Notes under the pieces: generated by a model | Database searches by the model: none | What the model saw: the letters and a program-made list of their open reading frames with translations, nothing else | Told to the model about the DNA's origin: nothing | Source of the DNA: Dehalococcoidia bacterium | GTDB taxonomy: Bacteria > Chloroflexota > Dehalococcoidia > Bin125 | Length of the DNA: 64,000 nt | Reading direction: 5' to 3' | Assembly (NCBI GenBank): GCA_965207695.1 | Contig: CBDBNA010000012.1 | Span: 20,191 to 84,190 of the forward strand | Part shown: positions 46,960-56,314 of the stretch, piece by piece | How positions within the stretch are numbered: the stretch's first letter is position 1 | Layout of the letters: the number at the start of each line of letters is the position of its first letter | Position numbers and translations under genes: made by a program

Positions 46960-49400
46960 CGTCCGCGGGCATGCTCGCCGCGTACCGCGTGCTGGACCTT
47001 TCGGACGAGACGGGGCAGTCCTGCGGGAAGATCCTGGCCGACCTGGGCGCGGACGTGATCAAGGTCGAGCCGCCCGGCGGCGACCCGGCGCGGCGCCGGC
47101 CGCCCTTCGTGGGCGACGAGCCGGGGCCCGATCGCGGGCTGTACTGGCTGGCCTGCAACGCGAACAAGCGCAGCGTCGCGGCCGACCTGGAGACGGAGGC
47201 GGGCCGGGCCCGGTTCCGCCGGCTCGTCGCGACGGCGGACGTGGTCGTCGAGTCGTTCGCGCCGGGGCGGATGGCGGGTTGGGGGCTCGATTTCCCGAGT
47301 CTGGCGGCGATCAACTCCCGACTGGTGCTGGTCTCGATCAGCCCGTTCGGGCAGCGGGGGCCGCATCGCGACTACCGGGGGCCGGACATCGTGACCTGGG
47401 CGATGAGCGGCCTCATGTCGATCTGCGGCGAGCCGTCCGGTCCGCCCGCGCAGATCAGCGACAACGCCCAGTCCTCCTTCGCGGCCGGGGGCGACGCGGC
47501 CGTGGGGGCGCTGCTGGCGCTGCTGCAACGGCGGCGCCGCAGCGGCCGCGGTCAGCACGTCGACGTGTCGACCCAGGAGTCGGTGATCCGCAGCAGCTTC
47601 CAGGTGGCGGCCAGTTGGGACATGGAGAGGCGCAACCTGCCCCGGGCGTATCGGCCGTCGCAGACGCCGATGTCCTGGACCTGGCGCTGCCGCGACGGCT
47701 ACGTGGTCTGGCTGCAGGCCGTCGGCCCGTACTCCACCACGCGGGCGGCGGGCTTCTTCGCCTGGCTGCGCGACGAAGGGGAGGGGGCCGACCTCCTCGC
47801 CCTCGACTGGGAGGCGATGGTCCCGTGGCAGGAGCCGCCGGCGGACTGGTCGGCGGTGGTCGCCGCGACGGCGGCCGTCTTCGCCAAGTACACCAAGGCC
47901 GAGTTGTACGCAGCCGCGATGACGTACGGGTTCTCGCTGTTCCCCGTGGACACCGCGGCCGACACGATGGCCAACGCGCAGTTGGAAGCGCGCGACTTCT
48001 GGCGCGACGTGGCGCATCCGGCGCTGGACCGCGCGATCCGGCTGCCGGGCCCCTTCGCCCGCGCGACGCGCACGCCGCCGCGGGCGCCCCGTCCGGCGCC
48101 GCGGCTGGGCGAGCACACGGCGGAGATCCTGGCCGAACTGCCGCCGGAGCCGGAGCGCGCGCCGGACGCCCCGGTCGGCGTAGCGACGTCCCGCGTCCCG
48201 ATGCCGCTGGCTGGGGTCAAGGTGCTCGACCTGAGTTGGTTCATGGTGGGCCCGATGACGACCAAGGTGCTGGCCGACTACGGGGCCGACGTCGTGCACG
48301 TCGAGAGCAGCGTGCGCATCGACGGGCAGCGCACGTCGGGGCCGTTCCGCGACGGCGTGCGGGACCCGGAGCTCTGCGCCGACTACGCGCAGGTGCGCAC
48401 CAACCAGCGCTCGATCGCGCTCGACATCGCCCAGCCCGGGGGGCGCGACGTCGCGCTGCGGATGGCGGATTGGGCGGACGTGGTCGTGAACAACTTCTCG
48501 GGCGGCGCGATGGATCGGATGGGGCTGGGCTACGAAGCGCTCCGCGCGCGCAACCCGTCGATCATCTACCTCGGTTGCAGCGGCCAGGGGGCGACGGGGC
48601 CGCAGCGCCACAGCAAGGGCGGCGGCGGCCACTACGCGGCGCTGGCCGGCTTCAACCACCTGACCGGCCGTCCCGGCGACCCGCCCGGCTACCTGAGCGC
48701 GTACACCGACTTCATCGCGCCGCGCTTCAACGTGGCGCTGCTCCTGGCGGCGCTCGACCACCGCGACCGCACCGGGCTGGGACAGAGCTTCGACGTGTCC
48801 CAGTACGAGGCCTCGATGCACTGGCTCGGGCCGTCGTTGCTCGACTACAGCGTCAACGGGCGCGTCGCGGGGCGGCAGGGCAACCGGCAGCCCGGCGCCG
48901 CGCCGCACGGGGCCTATCGCAGCCGCGACGACCGCTGGTGCGTCATCGCGGTGCGGGACGAGGCGGAGTGGCGGGCGTTCCGCGCGGCGATCGGCGATCC
49001 GGCCTGGGCGCGGGAGGAGCGCTTCGCCACGCACGCGGGCCGGAAGTCGCAGGAGGACGCGCTGGACGTACTGGTGGAGGCATGGACGCGCGAGCGCACG
49101 CCGGAGGCGGTGATGACGACGCTGCAAGGCGCCGGCGTGGCGGCGGGCGTCGTGCAGCGGGGCGAGGATCTGCTGGAGCACGACCCGCAACTGCGGCATC
49201 GCGGCTTCTGGCAGCCCCTCGATCACCCGACGATCGGGAGGTACCACGCGCCGCGGCACGCCTTCCGGCTGCCCGACGCCCCCTGCGCGCTGCGCCGCAG
49301 CCGGCTGATCGGCGAGGACACGGCGGAGGTCCTGCGCGACGTGCTGGGGCTGTCGGAGGCGGAGATCGCCGATCTGGCGGCCGACGGCCTCCTGCAGTGA
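46956..49400 (+). CDS. fused tandem CoA-transferase family III protein (two complete CaiB-like domains in one 814-aa polypeptide)
   Basis: The ATG overlaps the TauD stop (ATGA). Domain 1 reads YRVLDLSDETGQSCGKILADLGADVIKVEPPGG..GPDIVTWAMSGL (Asp present). Domain 2 reads GVKVLDLSWFMVGPMTTKVLADYGADVVHVES..GGGGHYAALAGF, with His where the catalytic Asp is expected. Confidence 0.8.
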   Translation: MTSAGMLAAYRVLDLSDETGQSCGKILADLGADVIKVEPPGGDPARRRPPFVGDEPGPDRGLYWLACNANKRSVAADLETEAGRARFRRLVATADVVVESFAPGRMAGWGLDFPSLAAINSRLVLVSISPFGQRGPHRDYRGPDIVTWAMSGLMSICGEPSGPPAQISDNAQSSFAAGGDAAVGALLALLQRRRRSGRGQHVDVSTQESVIRSSFQVAASWDMERRNLPRAYRPSQTPMSWTWRCRDGYVVWLQAVGPYSTTRAAGFFAWLRDEGEGADLLALDWEAMVPWQEPPADWSAVVAATAAVFAKYTKAELYAAAMTYGFSLFPVDTAADTMANAQLEARDFWRDVAHPALDRAIRLPGPFARATRTPPRAPRPAPRLGEHTAEILAELPPEPERAPDAPVGVATSRVPMPLAGVKVLDLSWFMVGPMTTKVLADYGADVVHVESSVRIDGQRTSGPFRDGVRDPELCADYAQVRTNQRSIALDIAQPGGRDVALRMADWADVVVNNFSGGAMDRMGLGYEALRARNPSIIYLGCSGQGATGPQRHSKGGGGHYAALAGFNHLTGRPGDPPGYLSAYTDFIAPRFNVALLLAALDHRDRTGLGQSFDVSQYEASMHWLGPSLLDYSVNGRVAGRQGNRQPGAAPHGAYRSRDDRWCVIAVRDEAEWRAFRAAIGDPAWAREERFATHAGRKSQEDALDVLVEAWTRERTPEAVMTTLQGAGVAAGVVQRGEDLLEHDPQLRHRGFWQPLDHPTIGRYHAPRHAFRLPDAPCALRRSRLIGEDTAEVLRDVLGLSEAEIADLAADGLLQ

Positions 49401-50791
49401 CACCGGCGCGGTGGGCGCGGGCGCTGCCCGTCCTGCTGGGCGTCGTCCTGGCCGCTTGCGCGAGCGGCAACACACCCCTGGACCCCGACGCCGCCGATCT
49501 TCGCAACCTGATCTTCTGGGACTCGCTGAGCGGCGAAGGCTTCCTGACCGCCCCTGAGCCCCTACTGCGCAGCCTCGACGAACTCGCCGTGTCCGCGCAT
49601 CCGGGGGCAGACAAGTACCTCGTCGACCTGGCGAATGTGCCGACGCCCTACGCCACCCGCATCGTCGACCACCTGCGGACGCGCTTCGGGCGGCCCGGCG
49701 CCGACCGGCTGTCGCAGTTCCCGGAACTCGCGCTGCCGCCCCCCGACGACCGGGAAACCGCGGCCTACCTGGAGTTCAAGCGGCAGCTCTTCGGCTCGAT
49801 CGACCCCGCGTTCGCGCTCTTCCTCAGCGAGCGCTGGCCGCGCACGATCGACGCGCGGGAGGTGCGCTACGGCGGCGTCGGCGTCGACGTCATCCCGCCG
49901 CTGGAGTTCCCCGCCTACGTGACGGCGCACGAGGCCGCGGCCTGGCTGCGGGCCGACGACGAGGTCGTCGGCGTCTCGATCAACGGCGACGCGCGGGCCT
50001 TCCCGGTGCGGATCATCGCCTGGCACGAGATGGTCAACGACACCATCGGCGGCGTGCCGGTGTCGCTGGCCTACTGCACGCTGTGCGGCAGCGCCATCGC
50101 CTACGACGGCCGCCTGCGCGGGGAGGTCTACCGCTTCGGGACGAGCGGGCTGCTTTATCGGTCGAACAAGCTGATGTACGACCGCACCACGCGGACGCTG
50201 TGGAATCAGTTCACCGGCGAGCCGGCCTGGGGCGAACTGGCCGGGCAGGGGCTGCGCCTGCGGCCGATCGCCTCGACGTACACGACCTGGGCCGCCTGGC
50301 TGGCCGCGAACCCGGCGACCTCGGTGCTCGACATCGAGACGGGCTACCCGTACGGCTACGCGCCCGGCGCGGCCTACGCGGAGTACAACGCCAGCGACGA
50401 GTTGATCTTCGCCGTGCCGATGGACGACGGGCGCTTGGCCCCGCGCGACGAGGTGTTCGTCGTGCGGACGGCAGACGGGGTGAGCGCGTACGCCATCGCC
50501 GACCTGGGCTCGTCGGCGGTGGTGAACGACCGCGTCGGCGACCTGCCGATCGTCGTGGTGGCCACGGCCGACGGCATGGGCGCGCGCGCCTTCGAGCGGG
50601 GCGGGCGGTCGTTCAGCGCGGCGGGCCAGGTCGGGGCGCTGGTGGATGAGTCGGGCGGGCGCTGGACGGTCGCGGAGGACGCGCTGACGGGGCCCGCTGG
50701 GGAAACGCTGCCGCGGGTCAACGGCAGCAACGCCTTCTGGTTCGCGGTCGCGAACTTCGTGGGCGAGAGCCGCCTGTACGGCCCGGACTAG
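49397..50791 (+). CDS. DUF3179-domain lipoprotein (paralog 2)
   Basis: GTG start overlaps the upstream stop (GTGA). A signal peptide plus lipobox (LLGVVLAACASG) precedes the DUF3179 core ARAFP..MVNDTIGGVP..AYCTLCGSA..LLYRSNKLMYD, which aligns with the gene at 19975..21756. Confidence 0.75.
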   Translation: MTPARWARALPVLLGVVLAACASGNTPLDPDAADLRNLIFWDSLSGEGFLTAPEPLLRSLDELAVSAHPGADKYLVDLANVPTPYATRIVDHLRTRFGRPGADRLSQFPELALPPPDDRETAAYLEFKRQLFGSIDPAFALFLSERWPRTIDAREVRYGGVGVDVIPPLEFPAYVTAHEAAAWLRADDEVVGVSINGDARAFPVRIIAWHEMVNDTIGGVPVSLAYCTLCGSAIAYDGRLRGEVYRFGTSGLLYRSNKLMYDRTTRTLWNQFTGEPAWGELAGQGLRLRPIASTYTTWAAWLAANPATSVLDIETGYPYGYAPGAAYAEYNASDELIFAVPMDDGRLAPRDEVFVVRTADGVSAYAIADLGSSAVVNDRVGDLPIVVVATADGMGARAFERGGRSFSAAGQVGALVDESGGRWTVAEDALTGPAGETLPRVNGSNAFWFAVANFVGESRLYGPD

Positions 50792-51036
50792 GGCTTGCCG
50801 GCATTCACGTCGTTCTCCTGCAGCTGCTCCAGGAGGGTTTCTGCTGCTTCACGAGACATTCCCATGCTGCGCAGCACCGCCACCGCGACCGAATGCTCTA
50901 GCGTCTTCCGGCGGGGCATCCGCACCCGCTCCGTACCCCCGACACGCCGGTAGAACTCACTGTGTCTGGTTTGCCCCTTGAACGAATACCCGGCTTCTCG
51001 CAGGTAGCCCACCAAGAGGCGCCGCGGGACCTTCAC
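50788..51036 (-). CDS. HicA/YcfA-like toxin (second copy)
   Basis: The track ORF extends to 51123, but the likely start is a GTG (VKVPRRLLVGYLREAGYSFKGQTRHSEFYRRVGGTERVRMPRRKTLEHSVAVAVLRSMGMSREAAE), which parallels the YcfA consensus L.k.Gf...r.kGSH..y.hp.g...tvP.H.gkel..g.l..ilk..Gl. Confidence 0.55.
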   Translation of the reverse strand: MKVPRRLLVGYLREAGYSFKGQTRHSEFYRRVGGTERVRMPRRKTLEHSVAVAVLRSMGMSREAAETLLEQLQENDVNAGKP

Positions 51037-51341
51037 GCCGGGATCGGCTCCATCTTCACCGGGAAGTCGAACGTCAGCTTCTCGTTCTCCGCGAACGCCA
51101 GGTCTTCCTCCTCGATCTTCCAACCGCGAGCAGCGAGGAACGCCTCCAGATCCCCCTCAGCGCAGAGGTCACTGAACAGAAAATCTGTGGCTTCATCGGC
51201 ACAGCGCTGGAAGGCACGGAACGTCTTGCCGTCGGCGTTGAGTCCCAGGTCGCGGCAGACACCGACCCAGAGCCCAGCCTCCTTGTCTTCCACGACCTCC
51301 CAAACCACTTCCGCCTGAATGCGAACAACGCGGTCAGGCAT
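51033..51341 (-). CDS. HicB-like antitoxin (UPF0150 N-terminal domain), second copy
   Basis: 102 aa. The region ..EVVEDKEAGLWVGVCRDLGLNADGKTFRAFQRCADEATDFLFSDL matches the HicB_lk_antitox pattern (edGgw.a.c.el.g....G.T.eEa......a.....e). It lies upstream of and overlaps the hicA-like gene. Confidence 0.55.
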   Translation of the reverse strand: MPDRVVRIQAEVVWEVVEDKEAGLWVGVCRDLGLNADGKTFRAFQRCADEATDFLFSDLCAEGDLEAFLAARGWKIEEEDLAFAENEKLTFDFPVKMEPIPA

Positions 51342-51940
51342 CGACGCCCTCGTCCCAGTAGTTGTGCATGGTCCGTCCTGTCACTCCCTGTGGCTGATGA
51401 CGCAGCCGTGCGCTGTATAGGGCACTAGAATAGACCTCGCAACCAAACAGCAGCCTACTATCTGCATCACTTTCAACGCACCGCCCCGTCTGCATGTGAG
51501 CACCCTAGGGCGGATCGGGCGGCTCCGGGTCGGGGGGACTCGCGCCCGCCTCCAGCTCGATGACCGGGCCGGGGGGTGCGGCGTCGCGCTCCGCCGGTCC
51601 ATCCCCCTCGCGTGCGACGACCATCCAGGCGTCGGGGTCGCCGGACTTGGCGGGGGCGGAGCGCCGCAACTGCAGCCGGCCGACCTTGGGCCCGCGCCGC
51701 CGGGCGCCCCGCTCGTAGAGGTCGATCGTGATGTCGTCGATGGACACGAAATCGCGCACGCGGCGCAGCGCGTCGGCGAGTGCGGCGGGCAGCCGGACGG
51801 CGCGACGGCGCAGCCGCCGCAGGCGGCGCGATCGTCCCGCGTCGGCGCTGGTGGGTCCGAGCACGCCGTCCACCGTAGCCGCCGGGCGAACGCCCTCGCA
51901 AACGGGGTAGCATGGCGGCGCACCTGGACGGAGTCACGCC

Positions 51941-53131
51941 ATGCCGGCCCTCGATGGAATGCGGATCCTCGACATGACGCAGTACGAGGCGGGCACCTCG
52001 TGCACGCAGGCGCTGGCCTGGATGGGGGCCGACGTCGTCAAGGTCGAACCGCCCGGCGGCGGCGACCCGGGACGGGGCGCGATGCGCGGCGCGCGCAACT
52101 CGCCCTACTTCCTGAACTGGAACAGCAACAAGCGCAGCATCGTGATCGACCTGCGCCAGCCCAGCGGCCGGCAGTTGCTGCTCGACATGGCGCCGCACTA
52201 CGACGTCTTCGTCGAGAACTACGGCCCGGGCGTCGTGGAGAAGCTGGGCATCGGCTACGACGCGATGCAGGCCGCGCACCCGGGCATCATCTACGCACGC
52301 GTCAAGGGATTCGGGGTGAGCGGCCCCTACGCCGGCTACAAGTGCTACGACATGGTGGCGCAGGCGGCGGCGGGCGCGTTCTCCGTCACCGGCGAGCCCG
52401 AGGGCCCGCCCACCATGCCCGGCCCCACCATCGGCGACTCCGGCACCGGCGTGCAGCTGGCGCTGGGCGTGCTGGGGGCGTACGTCCAGCAGCAGCGCAC
52501 CGGCGAGGGCCAACTGATCGAGATCTCCATGCAGGAGGCGGCGACCTACTACATGCGCTCTCGGATCGCGGGCGGCTCGCAGTGGGGGGAGGCGGTCGCG
52601 CCGCGCAACGGCAACGGGCACGGGCCGCTGGTGAACCTCTATGCCTGCCGACCCTTCGGGCCGAACGACTACGCCTACGTGATCGCCACGACGCCCCGCA
52701 TGTGGCGGACGCTGTGCGACGTTTTGGGCCGTCCGGAGCTGGCGGACGACCCCCGCTACGAGAACGCCGCCGGCCGCGAGGAGCACGGCGACGATCTGGC
52801 GGCGCTGATCGGGGAGTGGACGAAGCAGCGCACGAAGTGGGAGGTCATGCAGACCCTGGGGGAGGCCGGGATCCCCTGCAGCGCGGTCTTCGACACGGTC
52901 GACCTCTTCCACGACGAGCATCTCTTGAGCCGGGGCTTCGTGCACGAGATGGAGCACCCCGACCACGGCCGCGTGCGGCTGTTAGGCTGGGCGCCGCGGC
53001 TGTCCAAGAGCGACGTCCCGCTGCGTCGCGCGCCGCTGCTGGGCGAACATTCCGACGAAGTCCTGGCGGCGGACTTGGCGCTGAGCGCCGCGGAGATCGC
53101 GGAGTTGCGCGCGGCCGGCGCCCTCGGCTGA
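51941..53131 (+). CDS. CoA-transferase family III protein (formyl-CoA transferase/CaiB-like)
   Basis: 396 aa with GMRILDMTQYEAGTSCTQALAWMGADVVKVEPPGGGD and an active-site region YKCYDMVAQAAAGA. Confidence 0.85.
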   Translation: MPALDGMRILDMTQYEAGTSCTQALAWMGADVVKVEPPGGGDPGRGAMRGARNSPYFLNWNSNKRSIVIDLRQPSGRQLLLDMAPHYDVFVENYGPGVVEKLGIGYDAMQAAHPGIIYARVKGFGVSGPYAGYKCYDMVAQAAAGAFSVTGEPEGPPTMPGPTIGDSGTGVQLALGVLGAYVQQQRTGEGQLIEISMQEAATYYMRSRIAGGSQWGEAVAPRNGNGHGPLVNLYACRPFGPNDYAYVIATTPRMWRTLCDVLGRPELADDPRYENAAGREEHGDDLAALIGEWTKQRTKWEVMQTLGEAGIPCSAVFDTVDLFHDEHLLSRGFVHEMEHPDHGRVRLLGWAPRLSKSDVPLRRAPLLGEHSDEVLAADLALSAAEIAELRAAGALG

Positions 53132-53168
53132 CCGCGCACGAACACGCAGCGAGCACACAGGAGGAGCC

Positions 53169-53999
53169 ATGACCGGGACAGTCAACCCCAACGGCCTGCT
53201 GGCCGGGAAGGTCGCGATCGTGACGGGCGCGTCGCGCGGGATCGGCGAGGCGATCGCCTACCGCTACGCGCAGGAGGGGGCGAAGGTGGTCGTCTCCGCG
53301 CGCACCGTCGACGACGGCGACCATCCGCTGCCGGGCAGCATCAACAGCGTCGTGCAGCGGATCCGGGACGCGGGCGGCGCGGCCCACGCCGTGCGCTGCG
53401 ACCTCTCGCAGGGCGCCGACCGCGAGGCCCTGGTCGCGGCGGCCGTCGCGGAATACGGGCCGGTCGACATCCTGGTCAACAACGCCGCCGTCACGTTCTT
53501 CATCCCCACGGCCGAGTTCCCCGAGAAGCGCTACAAGCTGATGGAGGAGGTGCAGGTCTACGGGCCGCTGCACCTGACGCAGCTGGTGCTGGACAGCATG
53601 CGCGAGCGCAAGACCGGCTGGATCGTCAACGTGTCGTCGCACGCGGCGCTGCACCCGGAACTCGACAGCGGCCCCAGCGGGGGGACGGTTTACGGGATGT
53701 GCAAGGCGGCGTTGGAGCGCTACAGCACCGGTCTCGCGGCCGAGGTCTTCGCCGACGGCGTCAGCATCAGCGCGATCTCGCCGGGGCTGGTCGCGACGCC
53801 GGGCGTGCTGTTCCACAAGCTGATCAGCGACGACAACCGGGAGCGCGTGACCCCCGTCGAGCACATGGCCGAGGCCTGCCTGCGGCTGGCCTACGGTCCC
53901 GCCTCGGAGGTCTCCGGCCGCATCGCCTACGCCGACGAGATGATCGCCGAGTTCGGCCTGGAGCCGGCCGAACTGCTGGTGCCGCCGGTCGAGGTGTAG
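53169..53999 (+). CDS. SDR-family oxidoreductase
   Basis: 276 aa with TGASRGIGEAIA and NNAAV. The catalytic Tyr/Lys lie in ..VYGMCKAALE... Confidence 0.85.
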   Translation: MTGTVNPNGLLAGKVAIVTGASRGIGEAIAYRYAQEGAKVVVSARTVDDGDHPLPGSINSVVQRIRDAGGAAHAVRCDLSQGADREALVAAAVAEYGPVDILVNNAAVTFFIPTAEFPEKRYKLMEEVQVYGPLHLTQLVLDSMRERKTGWIVNVSSHAALHPELDSGPSGGTVYGMCKAALERYSTGLAAEVFADGVSISAISPGLVATPGVLFHKLISDDNRERVTPVEHMAEACLRLAYGPASEVSGRIAYADEMIAEFGLEPAELLVPPVEV

Positions 54000-54033
54000 C
54001 GTCGGCCGGCGGAGATCGACCGCCAACGGCCAC

Positions 54034-55173
54034 CTATGACACGAGGTGGGCTCGCAGCACGTCCTCGTCGAACTCGACGCCCAGGCCGGGGCCGCTCGGC
54101 GGGATGATGACGCCGTTCTCGACCACGAGCGGCTGCTTGAAGATCGTTTTGTGCAGCGGCCCCTGGTTCGCTTCCTGGATCAGGAAGTTGGGGGAGCAGG
54201 TGTCGATCTGGATGGCGGCGGCGGCGGCGACCGGCCCGCAGTACATGTGCGGCGCGATCATCGCGTAGTGCGCCTCGGCCATGCCGGCGATCTTCTTGGC
54301 CTCGGTGATGCCGCCGCACTGCCCGACGTCGAGTTGGATGATCTGCGCCGCCTGCTTCTCCAGCACGCGGGCGAACTCGTACTTCGTCACCAGCCGCTCC
54401 CCCGTCGCGATGGGGATGCTGGTGTGCGCGGCGACGCGCGCCATCTCCTCGATGTTCTCCGGCATCACGGGCTCCTCGAACCAGAAAGGGTGGTACGGCT
54501 CCAGGTACTGCGCGACGCGGATGGCGCTGTAGGTGGGCATCTGGCCGTGCGTCCCGATGCCGACCTCCAGCCGGTTGCCCACCGCCCTGCGGATGCTCTC
54601 GAAGATCTTGCCCGCGCGCTCGATCTCCCAGAGCGGGATGTCGCGGATGGGGTGCAGCGGCATGAAGGGGTCGATCTTGCAGGCCGAGTTGCCCTCGGCG
54701 AGGAGTTGGGCGGCCACGTCGCCGGCCTTCTCCGGGTGCTCCGTGAGGTCGCCGCCGGGCATGTAGGCGTAGGCGCGCAACTCCTCGTGGTACTTCCCGC
54801 CGAGCAGGTTGTAGATGGGCTGGTTGGCGGCCTTGCCGGCGATGTCCCACAGCGCCATGTCGATGGCGCTGATCACGGGCGTCGCGTAGAGGCTGGGGTG
54901 GCGCAGGTCGTGGCGCGTCCCGTACATGCGGTCCCAGATGCGCTCGATGTTGAGCGGGTTCTCGCCGATGACGAACTGGCCCACGAACTCCTCGATCAGG
55001 CTGACCTGCGACTTGAGGTCGCCGAGGTGCTCGGAGTAGGAGCTGCCGGCGATGCGCTCGCCGATGCCGGTGATGCCCTCGTCGGTCTGCAGCTCGAGGA
55101 AGAGGAAGTAGCGGCCGCCGATGTACGGCTCCTCCGCCTCGACGACCATCGTCCTGAGCCCGGTGACCTTCAT
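54034..55173 (-). CDS. mandelate racemase/muconate lactonizing enzyme family (enolase superfamily; galactonate-dehydratase-like)
   Basis: 379 aa with an N-terminal capping domain (MKVTGLRTMVVEAEEPYIGGRYFLFLELQTDEGITGIGE) and barrel metal ligands (..AIDMALWDIAGK.., ..IQLDVGQCGGITE..). Confidence 0.8.
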   Translation of the reverse strand: MKVTGLRTMVVEAEEPYIGGRYFLFLELQTDEGITGIGERIAGSSYSEHLGDLKSQVSLIEEFVGQFVIGENPLNIERIWDRMYGTRHDLRHPSLYATPVISAIDMALWDIAGKAANQPIYNLLGGKYHEELRAYAYMPGGDLTEHPEKAGDVAAQLLAEGNSACKIDPFMPLHPIRDIPLWEIERAGKIFESIRRAVGNRLEVGIGTHGQMPTYSAIRVAQYLEPYHPFWFEEPVMPENIEEMARVAAHTSIPIATGERLVTKYEFARVLEKQAAQIIQLDVGQCGGITEAKKIAGMAEAHYAMIAPHMYCGPVAAAAAIQIDTCSPNFLIQEANQGPLHKTIFKQPLVVENGVIIPPSGPGLGVEFDEDVLRAHLVS

Positions 55174-55222
55174 CCGCTGCTCCCGTCTCCGCCGGGCAGC
55201 CCTGCGTCCCGTGGGTCCGCCG

Positions 55223-56152
55223 CTAATCCGATCCCAGCTCCGCCCGCAGGCGGTCGTGCAGCGCGCCCAGCGCCTCGAGCATCGCGTCGGCGCTGCGCGC
55301 GCCGGCCAGGAAGACGCCGGTGGCGTTGATCGCGACCGCGTCGAAGCCGGCGCTCTTGGCCGCCAGCGCGACCGCCACGACGTCGTCGGGGCGGCGGTAG
55401 AAGTCCCGCCCGCCGGGGTCGTCGCTGCGCGGCGGGGGGCTGAGTTGCGCCTGGAAGCCCAGGCTCGACGGGTCGCGGCCGGCGGCCGCGGCGTGCTCCT
55501 TCACCTGCTCGATGAAGCCCGCCAGGACACCGCTGTCGCCCATGCCGGCGCTGGCGAGCCAGCCGTCGCCCACCGTGCCCGCCCGCCGCAGCGCCGCCGG
55601 GGAGGCGCCGCCGACCCAGATCGGGATCGCGGCGCCCTGCGGCGGCTTCGGCTCCATCGCCATCGCGCGGGCCTGGAAGAACTCGCCGTCGAAGTCGACC
55701 GAGGCGTCGCCCCACCAGGCGCGCATGAAGGCGATCGCCTCGTCCATCATGCGGCCGCGCTGGTGGAAAGGCATGCCCAGGGCGTCGTACTCCGATTCCT
55801 GCCAGCCCACGCCGACGCCCAGCCGCAGGCGCCCGCCCGACAGCGTGTCGAGCGTGCTGACCTGCTTGGCGACCAGGGTGGGGTGGCGCTGCGGCAGCAC
55901 CAGCACCTCCGTGCCGAGCCCGATGGTGCTCGTCGCGGCGGCCGCGTAGGCCAGCAGCATGAGCGCCTCGAGGAGGGGCATGTTCGCGGGGTAGGGCTGC
56001 GGCGCGCGGCCCTCGATGGGGTGTCCCATCGCGACGTGGTCGAAGATCTCGAATTGGTCGTAGCCGATGGCTTCGATGCCCGCCACCAAGCGCGAGATCG
56101 CCTCCGGTCCCTCGCGGTGGACAACGCTGGGGAATTCCGCTGCCAGTTTCAT
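55223..56152 (-). CDS. LLM-class F420-dependent (luciferase-like) oxidoreductase
   Basis: 309 aa with GYDQFEIFDHV..LVLPQRHPTLVAKQVSTLDTLSGGRLRLGVGVGW, a family signature shared with 6255..7124 and 61297..62328. Confidence 0.85.
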   Translation of the reverse strand: MKLAAEFPSVVHREGPEAISRLVAGIEAIGYDQFEIFDHVAMGHPIEGRAPQPYPANMPLLEALMLLAYAAAATSTIGLGTEVLVLPQRHPTLVAKQVSTLDTLSGGRLRLGVGVGWQESEYDALGMPFHQRGRMMDEAIAFMRAWWGDASVDFDGEFFQARAMAMEPKPPQGAAIPIWVGGASPAALRRAGTVGDGWLASAGMGDSGVLAGFIEQVKEHAAAAGRDPSSLGFQAQLSPPPRSDDPGGRDFYRRPDDVVAVALAAKSAGFDAVAINATGVFLAGARSADAMLEALGALHDRLRAELGSD

Positions 56153-56314
56153 CGTCGTGCTCCCTTCACCGATCGCGTCGTCGGGAGTCTAGGGGAAGGG
56201 GCCGGATCGGACCCGGCCGGACCTCTGCGGCCGCCCCGTCTCGTTGTCGGGGCGGTCGCCGCCGGAGTAAAATGAGGCCCGTAACGGGATGCTTTGAGAG
56301 GCAGGGACTGAGAG

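Noticed and set aside
51381-51923. Small ORFs (180 aa and 122 aa, minus) between the hicB-like gene and the CoA-transferase
   Set aside because: They have no motifs, an Arg/Pro-rich composition and an alternative-frame pattern. I could not support a real gene here, and the region may simply be intergenic or promoter sequence.
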